Source: Ostreococcus lucimarinus
Taxonomy: Eukaryota
Reading direction: 5' to 3' (one strand)
Assembly: GCA_000092065.1 (NCBI GenBank)
Contig: CP000586.1
Length of the DNA stretch: 64,000 nt
The notes under the pieces are model-generated. The model worked only from the letters and a program-made list of their open reading frames with translations, was not told the DNA's origin and did not search any database. Below, in pieces: positions 49,402 through 60,107 of the stretch; positions within the stretch are counted from its first letter, which is position 1, and each line of letters opens with the position of its first letter. The position numbers were made by a program, and so were the translations under genes.

Positions 49402-52400
49402 TTACGCCGTCAGCGCGGCGCGCTCCGCCTCGACTGCGGCATTACTCTCTTGCTGTTGAAGCTGCGCGAGTTGGTTGGCGCCAACCTTGAATGCGCCCGG
49501 ATTGATCGCCACTGTCTTCGTGGTGTTGTTGGTCTTGTAAATACCGACCAATCTATCCGCGAGCTCGAACATGTTATTGCGCAGAGAAATGATCACAAAC
49601 TGAGCGTTTTTCGTTCGCTCCTTGATGTAATGTCCGACGATGGAAACGTTCTTGAAATCCAACGCAGCGTCAATTTCGTCCATGACATACAACGGTGTGG
49701 GCTTGTAGTGATGCAAAGCAAACACCAATGCGAGCGATGAGAGCGTCTTCTCACCACCGGATAAATTGGCGATGTTCTTCCAGCTCTTCTTCGGCGGGCG
49801 CACGCTGAAAACAATGCCCTCGGAGAAGGGATCGAGCGAATCTACCAGCTCAAGTTCGGCATCACCACCGAGAGTGATCATTTGATACATCTCTTTGAGT
49901 TTGAGCGAGATAATATTGAAACCATCCATGAACTCGTTGAGTCGTTTTTGTCGTAGCTTGTCGTACGCTTCACGAGTGTTATCACGCTCCTCCGTCGCCG
50001 CGCTCAACTCAGCGGCGCGCTCTTCGTACTCCTCCGCTTTCTTCGCGTACGCTTCGATAGATGACATGTCAGGCTTTGCAGCCGCGAGTTCTTCTTCTAA
50101 AATCACCGCCTTTTCTTGCATCTCGTCCGTCGTATGTTGCTCGAGCTCTTCGTCGTTCAAGAGTTCAGGCACTTCACCCTCCGCGTAAAGCGACGTGCGC
50201 TCCTTCGTCACCTTGTTGATTTCTTTATTCCAGTGCTTTTCCTTGTCTTTATTCTCCTTCTGGACGACGCTGAGGTCGTCTAATTTCGCTTGAATATCAA
50301 CTTCAACGCCTCGGATGGTGCCGACAATTTTCATTATTTCATCGAACGCTTTCTGTGCCTCGGAGAACTCGCCACTCTTCACTTCAAGGAGCTGCTTAAG
50401 TTCGCCTTGCGATTCGAGTACGGCGGCGGCGCCGTCTTCAAGTGCCTTGAATTCAGCCTCGTGATTCTGCATATTAGCCTTAATTTGCTCAACTTCGGCT
50501 TGATTGGCTTCGATTCCCTTGGAGAGACGAGCGGTCGTCCCTTCGTGAGACTTGGCCTTGGCGCGCTTCTCGGTGACGGCGTCAGACGCTGCAGCGATGC
50601 CGGCGGTGAGATCCTTGACTAACGCTCGCTGCCTTTTCAAGCCATCACCGCCAACGTTATCCATCTTTTGTTGCAACTTGGCTTCCTTCTGTTTAAGAGC
50701 GGCTGCACCCGCCGTGACTTCATCCAACACAACCTTGGCCTTTTCAACTTCTTTGTCGAGTCTCTTGAGCTCGTCCGCGTCGTTCTTACTCGCGTCATGC
50801 GCCGCTTCGAGTTCAACCAAACGAGTGGACAAATCAGCAGCCTTGGCTTCGGCTGCGTCAAATTCAGCCTTCAACTTGGGAATCATGCGTTCGATTTTGT
50901 TGACGATCGCCTCTGCATCGCGAGCCTCCTGGAGAGATTTGAGCGCCACCTGACGCGAGCGTTCGTAGAGTTTTCCAGCTTGTTCAAGCTCCACCTCTGC
51001 CATTTTAATCTCTTTCGCCACTTCGGCGGCATCGGTAATCACTGGTGCTTGATTTCCAACGCGCATTCTACCGGTACGCGGCTTGGAACCGCCACCACTC
51101 AACGTACCGCTGGTCTCAAACAGTTGACCCTGAATGGTAACCACTCGACGGCGCTTCTCGCCGTGAGCCAGGCGCGAAGCTTGTTCGAGATCTTGAGCCA
51201 CTAAAGTATCACGAACTCCGAAGTAGAAAGCGACCGCAAAGCGTTCTTCCGCGGGTTTGATCAAATCGATCAGGCGCGGCGCGTTGTCCGGGTTGGAAAC
51301 CTTTTCGTTCATCTTAGAAAGAAGATGCTTCTGTCTGTCGAGGGCAAGAAAGTTGCCCCGACCGAGGTTGTGCTTCCGAAGGTACGACACACAAAGCTGC
51401 GCATCGGACGTGGTTTCAACCAAGATGTGATCAAGAGGTCCACATGCAGTCGACACCGCGACATCATATTCTTTGTCAATAGCCCCAAGATCACCGAGAC
51501 GACCGAGAACACCCTTGAGCGCGCCAGCGGCTTGAGCGTCAAGCAACGCTTGCACCATCGCATTCTGACTCTTCTCCGTCTCGGCCGTCGAACGACGTTG
51601 TTCGAGCTTACCACGAATCTCACGAGTCTCAGCTTGCGCAGCGGCTTCTTTTTCTTTCGCATCGGCTTCCATTACTCGAGCCTTATCGGCGCGCGCGCGC
51701 TCTGTCTCCAACGTCGCTTCCTCTTCGCCGATGGTTTTCTTCAACTCGATAGCCTTCACGCGTGCCTCCTTTTGACCCTCACGTGCCGCGTTCAAAGACT
51801 TTTCTGCATCAGCGTGTTTTTCAAGGAGAAGGGCTCGCTCAGACGTAGCGACGTTGAACGCCCCCTGAGCCGCGGCGAGCTTACCTTCCCACGGCGCCAA
51901 ATCCTTTTGCGCTTGGTCGAGTTCGCGGCCCACCGCTGCGAACTCATCTTGCAAGCTAGCGACGAGAGCATCCAAAGCAGCCTCTTCTTTGTCGATTCTT
52001 GCCTCGAGATCTGCCTTTTTTGCTTCCAAAACGGGCACTTCTTTCTCAATCGCCGCGCATTCCGCCGCCATTTTCTGCTGCTTTTCCGTGTCCGTGGCAA
52101 TTTTCGTGTTGAGTTTCTTCACCGACGCCTTCATGTTTTTCAACTCCTCTCGATACTTGGCATCCTTCAGCTCGAAGTCGGCAAAGTCTTTCACACTCTT
52201 GTCGAAATCAGCTTGAATCTTGGACAATTCGTCAGCAATTTCGCCCTTACGGCCCTCTGCAGCCTTCAACGCGTCCTCGTGCTCGGAGTGTTTCGCGCGC
52301 TCTTCTTCGAGCTTTTGCGTGAGCGCATCCTTGTTTTCTTGAATCTTGACCAAGTTGGTTTGCGTCTCTTTGATGAATAGTTGGTACATCGTCGATCGCG

Positions 52401-53384
52401 TAGACAAGAGCTCTTTTTCTTTCTCTAAGAACGCCTCCGCCTCCGCCTTGACGATGGCGAGCGCATCCTTCTCACCCTCGACTAACTTCAATCGGTTTAC
52501 CATGACATCGCGCTGCTCGTTCAACTCCTCCAACTTCTTGCTCGCCTCTTCGATGGGCTCGACGTATTGCAAAGTACCGATGATGTCTTCCAAGTATTCC
52601 AATAAGCCTTCATCGCCCGGCGCCGCCCCTTTCGGCTTCATCATGGAAATTTGTTCAACTTCCCCTTGCAAGATGAGGAAACGGTTGTTGTTTAAATCCA
52701 CATCCTTCGACTTTAACAACTTTGTCACCTCTGTGAACGAGCTCGTCTTATCGTTCACGAAGTATTTGCTCGAGTTATTCCTGTACGCCTCGCGAGAGAT
52801 GACGAAATCCGAGTTCGGCACGATATCGTATCCTTCTTCGTCGTCCACGTGATCGATGATTTCGTGAAAGTGCACCTCCACACGCGCGTGCTCCAAATTT
52901 CTGAAATCTGTAGAGTTGTGAATCAACTCGCTCACCTTATTCAATCGCAACTGTTTCGCTCGTTTACCGAACACAAACATCATCGCGTCGATCACGTTCG
53001 ACTTCCCGCTCCCATTCGGGCCGACGACGGATGAAAAACTCTGCTCGAGCGAGTCGCGCGCGGCGCGTCAGTCCCCCGTCGTCGCGACGCGCGAACCAGT
53101 CAAATCGAACTCGAGCGCGTCGACATCCGCGCCCTCGCGCGCGTCCGAGCGCGCACCTTATGAAACGGTCCCACGTGTTGCGCCCCCGCGTAGGATTTAA
53201 AATTCTCCAGCACCATCTTCTTGATCGCCAATCGCGGTTTCCGCGCTCGTCGCTTCGCGTCCTCGTCGTCCTCGCGATGTCGTTCCCGTTCGTCCGTCTC
53301 CGTCGCCGTCGCGTCCTCGCGCGCGCGCGCGTCGCTCGCGGGCGCGTCATCGTCGCATTCGCGCGCGCCGTCTTCCGCCGTCAT
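49402..53384 (-). CDS. SMC4: Structural maintenance of chromosomes protein 4 (condensin SMC4); join(49402..53040,53157..53384) on the minus strand, ~1288 aa
   Basis: Exon 2 is collinear with SMC4 (VVGPNGSGKSNVIDAMMFVFGKRAKQLRLNKVSELIHNS.., long coiled coils, hinge, C-terminal LSGGEKTLSSLALVFALHHYKPTPLYVMDEIDAALD). The track ORF starts at an internal GTG (Val). The conserved N-terminal strand KMVLENFKSYAGAQHVGPFHK lies in a separate upstream ORF (53100..54173) and ends AAG|GTGCGC at 53157. The acceptor ..GAGCAG| at 53041 gives ..PFHK|SFSSVVGPNGSGKS, restoring the canonical Walker A context. The start ATG is at 53384 (MTAEDGARECDDD.., an acidic leader). Confidence 0.8.
53041..53156 (-). other. 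Predicted 116-nt intron of SMC4 (GTGCGC...CAG), phase 0, immediately before the P-loop
   Basis: The donor GT (53156/53155) follows the K codon 53159-53157. The acceptor AG is at 53042/53041. Exon 2 then begins at 53040 with AGT (Ser). All positions were checked base by base. Confidence 0.7.
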
Positions 53385-53389
53385 CGCGC

Positions 53390-53394
<5 letters not shown>

Positions 53395-53427
<33 letters not shown>
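53395..53427. repeat. (CGT)11 trinucleotide repeat in the shared SMC4 / MT-A70 promoter and 5' UTR region
   Basis: The cgtcgtcgt... run lies immediately upstream of the SMC4 ATG (53384) on the minus strand, where it reads (ACG)n. Confidence 0.9.
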
Positions 53428-53430
<3 letters not shown>

Positions 53431-53729
53431 GGTGTGTCATCCGTCGCCCGACCAACGACCGTTCCGTTCCCCTCTGTCGATGGCGCACGTGTCGCGCGGA
53501 ATACGGGGTTTCGTACTTTTTTTTTTGAAAATTCAAACGCCGTCGACAGGTGCGTCGATCGCGCGGCGCGCGCACTTGGACGCGCGCGCGCGCGGACGAG
53601 GCGACGGACGAGCGACGCGCGGTGCGGTGCGCGAGACGGACGCGCGCGCGAGCGAACGAACGCGGCGGGAACCGCGCTCGAAGACGCGGGAAGACGCGCC
53701 AGCGGTCGAGGCGTCGACAGCGCGCGACG

Positions 53730-55070
53730 ATGGCGAACGAGGACGGCGATGTCGCCGCGGGGAGCCGGCCGAAGCGCAAGGCGAGCGCATCGTTGCGAGC
53801 GCGGACGTCGCGAGGGAAACAAGCGCCGTCGAGCGCGCACTACGTGGGATACGTGCAAGACGACGAGACGCCAGAGATGATTATGAAAAAGTTTGAAGAG
53901 ATGGAACGGATTCGACAAGCCACCAAGGCGCAAGTCGGTGAGGATGGTGATAAGGAGAACAAGGAAGGCGCGACAAACGGTGCGGGTGGAGACGCGGTCG
54001 GGACCAACGGCGACGAGCACGAAGGGTTGGACGAGGAACAGTTGAAGGAGTTGTTCAAAAATACGTCTACGTTTACGGTGAAGGAGGCCGTGATGGATTC
54101 TAACGCGCTTTTCGGTGATATGAGGATCGCGAACGAAGATGGGATGTATTTCTCGGACGATGAAGAGTTGCAAGATGAATTCTGGGAGGCGCTGACCGGT
54201 AAGAAGCGTAGAGGTAAGAAATCCAAGGGGCCGAGAGTGCCGAGAGCGCCGAGAGCGCCGCGCGAACCAAAGGCGGCGCAGTCACACATGATCACCGCGT
54301 ACAATAGCGACCAAGGCTTGTTCTTGCGCAAGAAGAAGTTTGTTGATCCTTTCGAGCCTGTCATCATCAAGGTCCCGGCGCACCCGATTCCAGTGAGCTA
54401 TGGACGAGTAATTCAGCCGTACGAACCAAAATCGGTGCGAGAGGCGAAACTGAAACAAGTTCCCGATTGCGTGCACATGCAAACGAACATCAAGAAGATG
54501 GAATATGAATCGCTCGGTAAGGACTATTTAGGTGTGCTCATGAACCCGCCGTGGGATATTGAAGATTCCCCAGATCGCGGCGACGTGACGTTGGAGGACA
54601 TCGAAGCCATTCCGCTTGAAAAACTCACGCCACTCGGTTTCATCTTTATTTGGGTTGAGAAGGAAAATTTGTCCAAGGTTTGCGACATCATGGACCGAAA
54701 GAACTTTGTCTACGTAGAGAACTTGACGTGGGTACAACTCAAGCCGAACAACACGATCGTTGAGTCCTCTGCGCGCTATCTTGGTCGCTCGCACAGAACA
54801 ATGCTCATCTTCAGACGAGACGTTCGCGACAAGCGCTTCATTGAAGGGAAGAAGATTGAGTTGCGACACCAACGTAACTCGGATGTGACTCTCGATATTG
54901 TGCAGACCACGAAAACTGGTCGACGTGTTGTCCCTGAGCACGTGTACAAGTCCATCGAAACTCTTTTACCGACGGCGTACGAACCTGGAACGCCTGGTAA
55001 GCTCCTCGAATTGTGGGCCGAACCGGGCGCGCGACGCGCGGGTTGGACTTCCGTGGCGGATACTCCTTAG
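53730..55070 (+). CDS. MT-A70-family N6-adenine methyltransferase-like protein (NPPW catalytic motif), 446 aa
   Basis: GVLMNPPWDIED...LTPLGFIFIWVEKENL..CDIMDRKNFVYVENLTWVQLKPNN..GRSHRTMLIFRR is collinear with the MT-A70 catalytic domain (DPPW..[31 protein letters not shown]). There is no CCCH zinc-finger region. The track start 53550 is GTG. The first ATG is at 53730 (MANEDGDVAAG). Confidence 0.75.
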   Translation: MANEDGDVAAGSRPKRKASASLRARTSRGKQAPSSAHYVGYVQDDETPEMIMKKFEEMERIRQATKAQVGEDGDKENKEGATNGAGGDAVGTNGDEHEGLDEEQLKELFKNTSTFTVKEAVMDSNALFGDMRIANEDGMYFSDDEELQDEFWEALTGKKRRGKKSKGPRVPRAPRAPREPKAAQSHMITAYNSDQGLFLRKKKFVDPFEPVIIKVPAHPIPVSYGRVIQPYEPKSVREAKLKQVPDCVHMQTNIKKMEYESLGKDYLGVLMNPPWDIEDSPDRGDVTLEDIEAIPLEKLTPLGFIFIWVEKENLSKVCDIMDRKNFVYVENLTWVQLKPNNTIVESSARYLGRSHRTMLIFRRDVRDKRFIEGKKIELRHQRNSDVTLDIVQTTKTGRRVVPEHVYKSIETLLPTAYEPGTPGKLLELWAEPGARRAGWTSVADTP

Positions 55071-55091
55071 TCTCTAGATCTTTGTTGTTAT

Positions 55092-55988
55092 TCAATCCCT
55101 TTGGATACGTCTAATTTTTCTTCCGCTACTGCTAATCGTCGGTTTGGACAGAACTAATTCCTCTTGAGCTCTGGAGTGATTTACGTCGCCCCGCTGCCGT
55201 CTCTTCCGCCTATTTGTGGTGATGTTGCGTGGCTTTGACTCTTCTTTCGCCATCGCACGCTTTGTCTGTGCCTTCAGGGACGCACGATACATCAAACTTT
55301 CCTCTGTTTGCACAATAGTTCGCTTCGACGGCCCTCTGCAAATACTTCGCGAGTCGCGCAAAAACGTCTCCAACTGCTGCTTGCCGGCGCCGAGTCGCTT
55401 TGCCTCGCGCACTTTTTCATCCTCATCCACCGATTTTCTAGACAACCCTTTGGCCCAAGATGGAAGTTTTGGATTGAACCACATATTTTTACACTCTCGA
55501 ATCACGCTCAACGATCGCGGAACCTCGTTTGCGTTGCGATTGACGCGAATAATATCGCGCATTCGAGTCTTCAAATCCGTTCCAATAAAATGGTGCTCGC
55601 TCGCGTACATATACGCGACTGCAGTGTCCTCCAATCCTTCGGCGAATTGCTTCCAGCCTTTCAACGTCGTTCTAAAATTCTCACCCACATTTAAGCACCA
55701 AATACGTTTCCGTCGCAACACGTCGAGGAGCAGCATCAACTGCTCGTCGTACACCCCGTCTTCGAAGTTTTGCAAGTACAGCGCTTCGATTTTCGTGTTT
55801 TCCTTCAGCGCCTCGAGCACCGCATCGATCACTACCGGCTTAGCCGTGCTAGGGACGTATCGCTTCAACCTCAAGACCTTACCTCCGGCGTCACACGCGA
55901 GTGTGTTGTCGCGTAGGCGCGCGATGAAGTCGACGAAGGCGGGCGACTCGAGAACGTTCGAGCCAGATTCTCGCCGCTTCGCGCGCAT
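55092..55988 (-). CDS. Hypothetical protein with an RNI-like leucine-rich-repeat flavour, 298 aa
   Basis: ATG at 55988 confirmed. Ordinary composition. Weak LRR-like periodicity (KIEALYLQNFEDG.., IWCLNVGENF..). Basic C-terminal tail. No confident family. Confidence 0.5.
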   Translation of the reverse strand: MRAKRRESGSNVLESPAFVDFIARLRDNTLACDAGGKVLRLKRYVPSTAKPVVIDAVLEALKENTKIEALYLQNFEDGVYDEQLMLLLDVLRRKRIWCLNVGENFRTTLKGWKQFAEGLEDTAVAYMYASEHHFIGTDLKTRMRDIIRVNRNANEVPRSLSVIRECKNMWFNPKLPSWAKGLSRKSVDEDEKVREAKRLGAGKQQLETFLRDSRSICRGPSKRTIVQTEESLMYRASLKAQTKRAMAKEESKPRNITTNRRKRRQRGDVNHSRAQEELVLSKPTISSSGRKIRRIQRD

Positions 55989-56172
55989 CGCTGGGCGATG
56001 TCGGCGAACCGCGTGACGCTGTGTCTGTTTAGCTCACCCGCGGTCGTCGGATCGCGAGCGATGCCGTCGAAGAATGAGGCAGAGGCGGTGATACTCGCGG
56101 CGAAGAATCCAAGCCGTCTGGGCGACACGCGCCTCCAATGGATGGTGTAGTTTTCTTTTAATTACATCTCGT

Positions 56173-57726
56173 CTAGCGCTCGCACGCGAATTGTGGAGAA
56201 AATTTTCTATCTGTGCACCCAGTCACGTGCGCCTTATCATCCCAACGTCCGGCGAACGGGACGATAGTGTCGTAAAACAGACACGTCTCGCGCATGTCCT
56301 CCTCGTCCGAGTCGTTGGAGATCCAAGCCCAAGCTCTGAACGCGTGGCTAGGTTCGAGGGCGTATTTTCTACAATCTACCGGCGACTTGGCGGTACCAGT
56401 ACCGAGCGGGGTCGCAAAATCTGCCTGGTCCAGTCCGATTAAGCCGTGCACGATGTTGGGGTTGGATGAGCTCTCGTCAGGGACGAGCACCTCGTCGGAT
56501 TCCTGATGCGCCACGGGTTCTGGGTTGGTCGGTACTGGCGACCGCACATCCGAGGGCTGATTAACAGGTTCTTGTACCGGCTCAGCCACCTTGGCCGGTG
56601 TCGTTGAGACCTCTGGTTCTGGGGCGGGGATTGCGCTCGTCGCGTTTTCGTCCGCGCACGCATGCAACGGCGAGACATCGGAAGCGGTGCACCCAGTGAT
56701 GAGCGTCGGCTCCTCGTAGCCAGCAAATGGCACGATTTCTTTGTAGAACAAGCATGTCGATCGCAATGAGAGATCATTCGCTTCCGAGTTAGCGTAAGCG
56801 AAAGCCACATAATTGTGCTCAGCGGCGAAATCTCTGCATTCGCCCGGACCGCTCGTCGATTGCCCTCTACCGAGCGGCGTTTCGTAAGCAACATTCAAAC
56901 CAAGCATACCGCGAACGATGTTCGGGCGAGTCTTCCGCACTTGCGGTGCGGGCTCAACTACAGCTTCCACCTCCTCCGTCTTCGGCACCCCCGGCTCGGA
57001 CACTGCGGTAGCTACCTCGTGCTTGGCCGCGGGCTCACCCGTCGCCGCCATCGCCGTGCTCTCAAGCTTGCATCCGTTCGCTGGAGATACATCGAAGCTC
57101 GTGCAGCCCATGATGTGCGCGTGATCTCCCGGGTACCCCTCAAAGGGCACTACTTCGCGATACATCAGACACGAGTTTCGCAACCGCTCGATGTCCGAGT
57201 ACGAATTCACCCACGCCCACGCCACGTAGTGTTCCTTTGCGTTGTCCGCGTACTCTCGGCACGCTCCGGGGGAATCAGCGTTACCGACCCCAGCCGGCGT
57301 TTCAAACGCGCTCATTTTCGGGTCAATGAAACCATTCACTATATTCGGATGATTACCGCGCACTTTCGCGTACGCCGCGGCTTCTTCCGCCGTCAGCGGC
57401 GGTTTGATTTGCTTCAACATCTTCACTTTGGTGTTGGATTCCGGGGCGACGACGTCGATCTTGCCCGACGTTGCCGGAGCGTGACGGTGTTGTGGCACCG
57501 ACACCACAGTACTCGTCGCGCTCTGTTCCGCGCACACGCACTTCGGCCCGTCGTCGCATCCCAAGTCCACGACCGCGCCATCGCCATCGCCGCGACCGAG
57601 GGCGAGACCCACGCCGACGCCGACGACTAACGCGGTCACGCCGACGACCACGGGGCGCTTGTACCACGGCACCGCAGTTGATTTGTGGGGGCGAGACAGT
57701 ATGAACGCTTTCTCTTCGTCCGACAT
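56173..57726 (-). CDS. Type II membrane protein with three tandem ~110-aa four-cysteine repeats (PAN/apple-like?), 517 aa
   Basis: ATG at 57726 confirmed. N-terminal cytosolic segment, then a transmembrane helix VVVGVTALVVGVGVGLAL. Three repeats each read .PNIV.G.I......TP.G.G....PG.CR.(Y/F)A......(V/F)A(W/F)A(W/Y)..S........CL(M/F)Y..(V/I)VPF.G.......(I/V)TGCT.....SP...C. Confidence 0.65.
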   Translation of the reverse strand: MSDEEKAFILSRPHKSTAVPWYKRPVVVGVTALVVGVGVGLALGRGDGDGAVVDLGCDDGPKCVCAEQSATSTVVSVPQHRHAPATSGKIDVVAPESNTKVKMLKQIKPPLTAEEAAAYAKVRGNHPNIVNGFIDPKMSAFETPAGVGNADSPGACREYADNAKEHYVAWAWVNSYSDIERLRNSCLMYREVVPFEGYPGDHAHIMGCTSFDVSPANGCKLESTAMAATGEPAAKHEVATAVSEPGVPKTEEVEAVVEPAPQVRKTRPNIVRGMLGLNVAYETPLGRGQSTSGPGECRDFAAEHNYVAFAYANSEANDLSLRSTCLFYKEIVPFAGYEEPTLITGCTASDVSPLHACADENATSAIPAPEPEVSTTPAKVAEPVQEPVNQPSDVRSPVPTNPEPVAHQESDEVLVPDESSSNPNIVHGLIGLDQADFATPLGTGTAKSPVDCRKYALEPSHAFRAWAWISNDSDEEDMRETCLFYDTIVPFAGRWDDKAHVTGCTDRKFSPQFACER

Positions 57727-57880
57727 CTCGCGGACGTGAACGCGACGCGCGCGAGTGTGCAGCCAGGCAGATCCAAATTTTTAGTGTTGAGGCGATTCGA
57801 AGGAAGGACGGAAGCGAGGAGGGAAGGACGCTACTGGGATATATTATTGAGTGCGGCTACGACGCGAAGAATGACGTTAA

Positions 57881-59062
57881 TCAAATCCACGGGAACAAAA
57901 AGTACTCGGAATAGAACAACGCCCAGATATCGCGGTAGTACTGTAGAATGGCATCGCGCGAAAACTTGGCGTTTTCGAGCGCCTTGGTCTTGACGATGAG
58001 GAAGGAGGCGAAGAGGGCGTGGCCGCCGATCATCAAAGGTTGGATGAACCACGTAGGATTCTTCACCGAAAGCGCGATAGCGAAGATGTAGTTTGCGAGC
58101 AACAACCCTGATCCAATGTAAGACACCTTCTTCACCCCGAGACGCGTGGAAAACGTTTCAATCTTGTACTTTAAGTCACCCTCGATGTCCGGCAAGTCCT
58201 TGGTGATGGCGATGACGGTGGCGAAAGTCGTGACGAAGATGGTGATGAACGTAATCGCAGGACTCCACACAAAGGGTAAACCAATCGCAGCTCGAGTGGC
58301 GTGGTACACGCCAAAGTTGAGCAAAAACCCACGCACGCAGGCGATGATGAGGAAAGCGGGAAGCGCGTACTGCTTCAAGCGCAACGGCGGCACGGAGTAA
58401 ATCGTGCCGAGGAACAAGCCAAAGCAGTACAATTTGGTGATCAAAGCTCCAAAGTTCGTGGCGACGATCGCCGCTCCGCCGAGCGCGGTGACGGCGCAGA
58501 ACGCCCACGCGGCGAACACGGAGAGTTCACCAGAAGCCACGGGCAAAAACGGCTTGTTCACCTTGTCGATGTCGATGTCATAAATTTGATTGATTCCGAC
58601 GATGTATCCATTCCCCATCAGCAGCGCCAACAGCCCTAACAACGCGCGAGGAACCAAATGCATGGAAATCATTTCCGGGTTCCCCATCAAAATCTTCGAC
58701 ACGATCGCCGTCGTACCGAGCAAAGTCCCTCGAATCGTGTGCGGACGCACGAATTTCCATATCGCCGCGCCGAGCGCGTTCAGTTTTCCAGTCTCCCCAT
58801 CCACGGTCGTCGACCGCGCGATGACGCGTCGTCGACGCATCGTCGCCGTCGCCGTCGTCGTCGCCGCCGCGTCGACCCCTCGCGCATCGATCGCGCATTC
58901 GAACCCACGCGCCGTGGACGACGCGCGCACCGTCACCGTCGCGCGTCGCGTCGCCCCGACGTCCACGCGTCGACGCGTCGCCGTCCGCCGCGCGCTCGAC
59001 CTCGCGGCGTCGCGCGTCGTCGTCGTCGTCGTGGTCGTCGTCGTGGCCGTCGTCGCGCGCAT
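57881..59062 (-). CDS. HST: Homogentisate prenyltransferase of the UbiA family (HST/VTE2 family; the motif favours homogentisate solanesyltransferase), plastid transit peptide, 393 aa
   Basis: [24 protein letters not shown] matches plant HST (NQIYDISIDKVNKPYLP) more closely than HPT. Multiple transmembrane helices and a second Asp-rich region (KDLPDIEGD). The track start 59122 is GTG. The first ATG is at 59062 ([23 protein letters not shown]..). Confidence 0.8.
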   Translation of the reverse strand: MRATTATTTTTTTTTTRDAARSSARRTATRRRVDVGATRRATVTVRASSTARGFECAIDARGVDAAATTTATATMRRRRVIARSTTVDGETGKLNALGAAIWKFVRPHTIRGTLLGTTAIVSKILMGNPEMISMHLVPRALLGLLALLMGNGYIVGINQIYDIDIDKVNKPFLPVASGELSVFAAWAFCAVTALGGAAIVATNFGALITKLYCFGLFLGTIYSVPPLRLKQYALPAFLIIACVRGFLLNFGVYHATRAAIGLPFVWSPAITFITIFVTTFATVIAITKDLPDIEGDLKYKIETFSTRLGVKKVSYIGSGLLLANYIFAIALSVKNPTWFIQPLMIGGHALFASFLIVKTKALENAKFSRDAILQYYRDIWALFYSEYFLFPWI

Positions 59063-59240
59063 CGTCGCTCGAATCGTCGCGCGCGGCGCGGTGTGCGACG
59101 CCCGTCGCGGGCGACACGTCACCCGCCCGACCGCGGCGTTATCTAAACCCTAGTGAGTCCGCGAAATCTGAGGATAGCGCGGGCGTCCGACGGTGCGACG
59201 CCGCACATCGCGCCCCGGACCGTCGAAGCGCGCGAACGAC

Positions 59241-60107
59241 ATGAGTGTCATCGCGCACGCGCACGCGAGAGCGCGCGTCGATCGCACGCCCGCGGCGAGC
59301 GCGTCGCGGAACGCACGACCACGCGGGAAGACGATAAAGATGCGAGGGACGGACGAGAAGCGCGACGGCGCGGGCGGCGGTGGGTTGTTCTCGAGGGTGG
59401 AAAAGCTCGCGGAGAAGGTGGGAGTGTCGCTTGGACCGATCGGGATGACGTTGCAGGAGGGAGAGGTGAAGAAGAAGACGACGACGGAAGGCTCGAAGGA
59501 GGAGTCGTACGAACGACCGCCGAGCATCGCGAGCATGAACTCGGCGCAGTGGAGAGAAAAGTACGTCAAGACGGACGGCACGGTGGATTTATGGCTCGAA
59601 GACGATTTCAATATCGCCAGTCGCAAGGCGGGAGCGTGCGATGCGGACTCCTTGGTGAATATTGAAAACTACGCGTGGTCGGGGATGAAGACGACGGACG
59701 TCAACGCGCCCATTCGCAGCGTCAAAGTCACGGATCACGAGACTGGAGAAATGCTGGAGTTAGATGTGCCCGAAGGGCGGTACATTTTGTTCGAAGCTGA
59801 GCAGCAAGGATGGGTACTTCCGAACGCGTGTCGCATGGGCGGGTGCACAAAGTGCGCGGTGAAAATTAGCAAAGGCTCGTTGGAGCAACCCGAATCTTTG
59901 GGCCTATCCAAAGAACTCAAGGACCAAGGCTACGCGTTGCTGTGTGTCGCTACCGCGACGGAAGACGTCGAGTGCGTGACTCAGGACGAAGAGGAGGTGT
60001 ACATGAAGCAGTTTGGCAAATCTTTCGCCGAGATGGCGTTGGATAAAAACGCGAGCTCCGTGCTTCGCGACGATTTTGCGCTCGAAATCGCAGACATGGA
60101 CGAATAA
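59241..60107 (+). CDS. Protein with a C-terminal plant-type 2Fe-2S ferredoxin domain and a ~150-aa N-terminal domain of unknown type, transit peptide, 288 aa
   Basis: Cys ligand pattern CRMGGCTKC (C-x4-C-x2-C) plus ..GYALLCVA. The track start 59193 is GTG. The first ATG is at 59241 (MSVIAHAHARARVDRTPAAS). Confidence 0.7.
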   Translation: MSVIAHAHARARVDRTPAASASRNARPRGKTIKMRGTDEKRDGAGGGGLFSRVEKLAEKVGVSLGPIGMTLQEGEVKKKTTTEGSKEESYERPPSIASMNSAQWREKYVKTDGTVDLWLEDDFNIASRKAGACDADSLVNIENYAWSGMKTTDVNAPIRSVKVTDHETGEMLELDVPEGRYILFEAEQQGWVLPNACRMGGCTKCAVKISKGSLEQPESLGLSKELKDQGYALLCVATATEDVECVTQDEEEVYMKQFGKSFAEMALDKNASSVLRDDFALEIADMDE

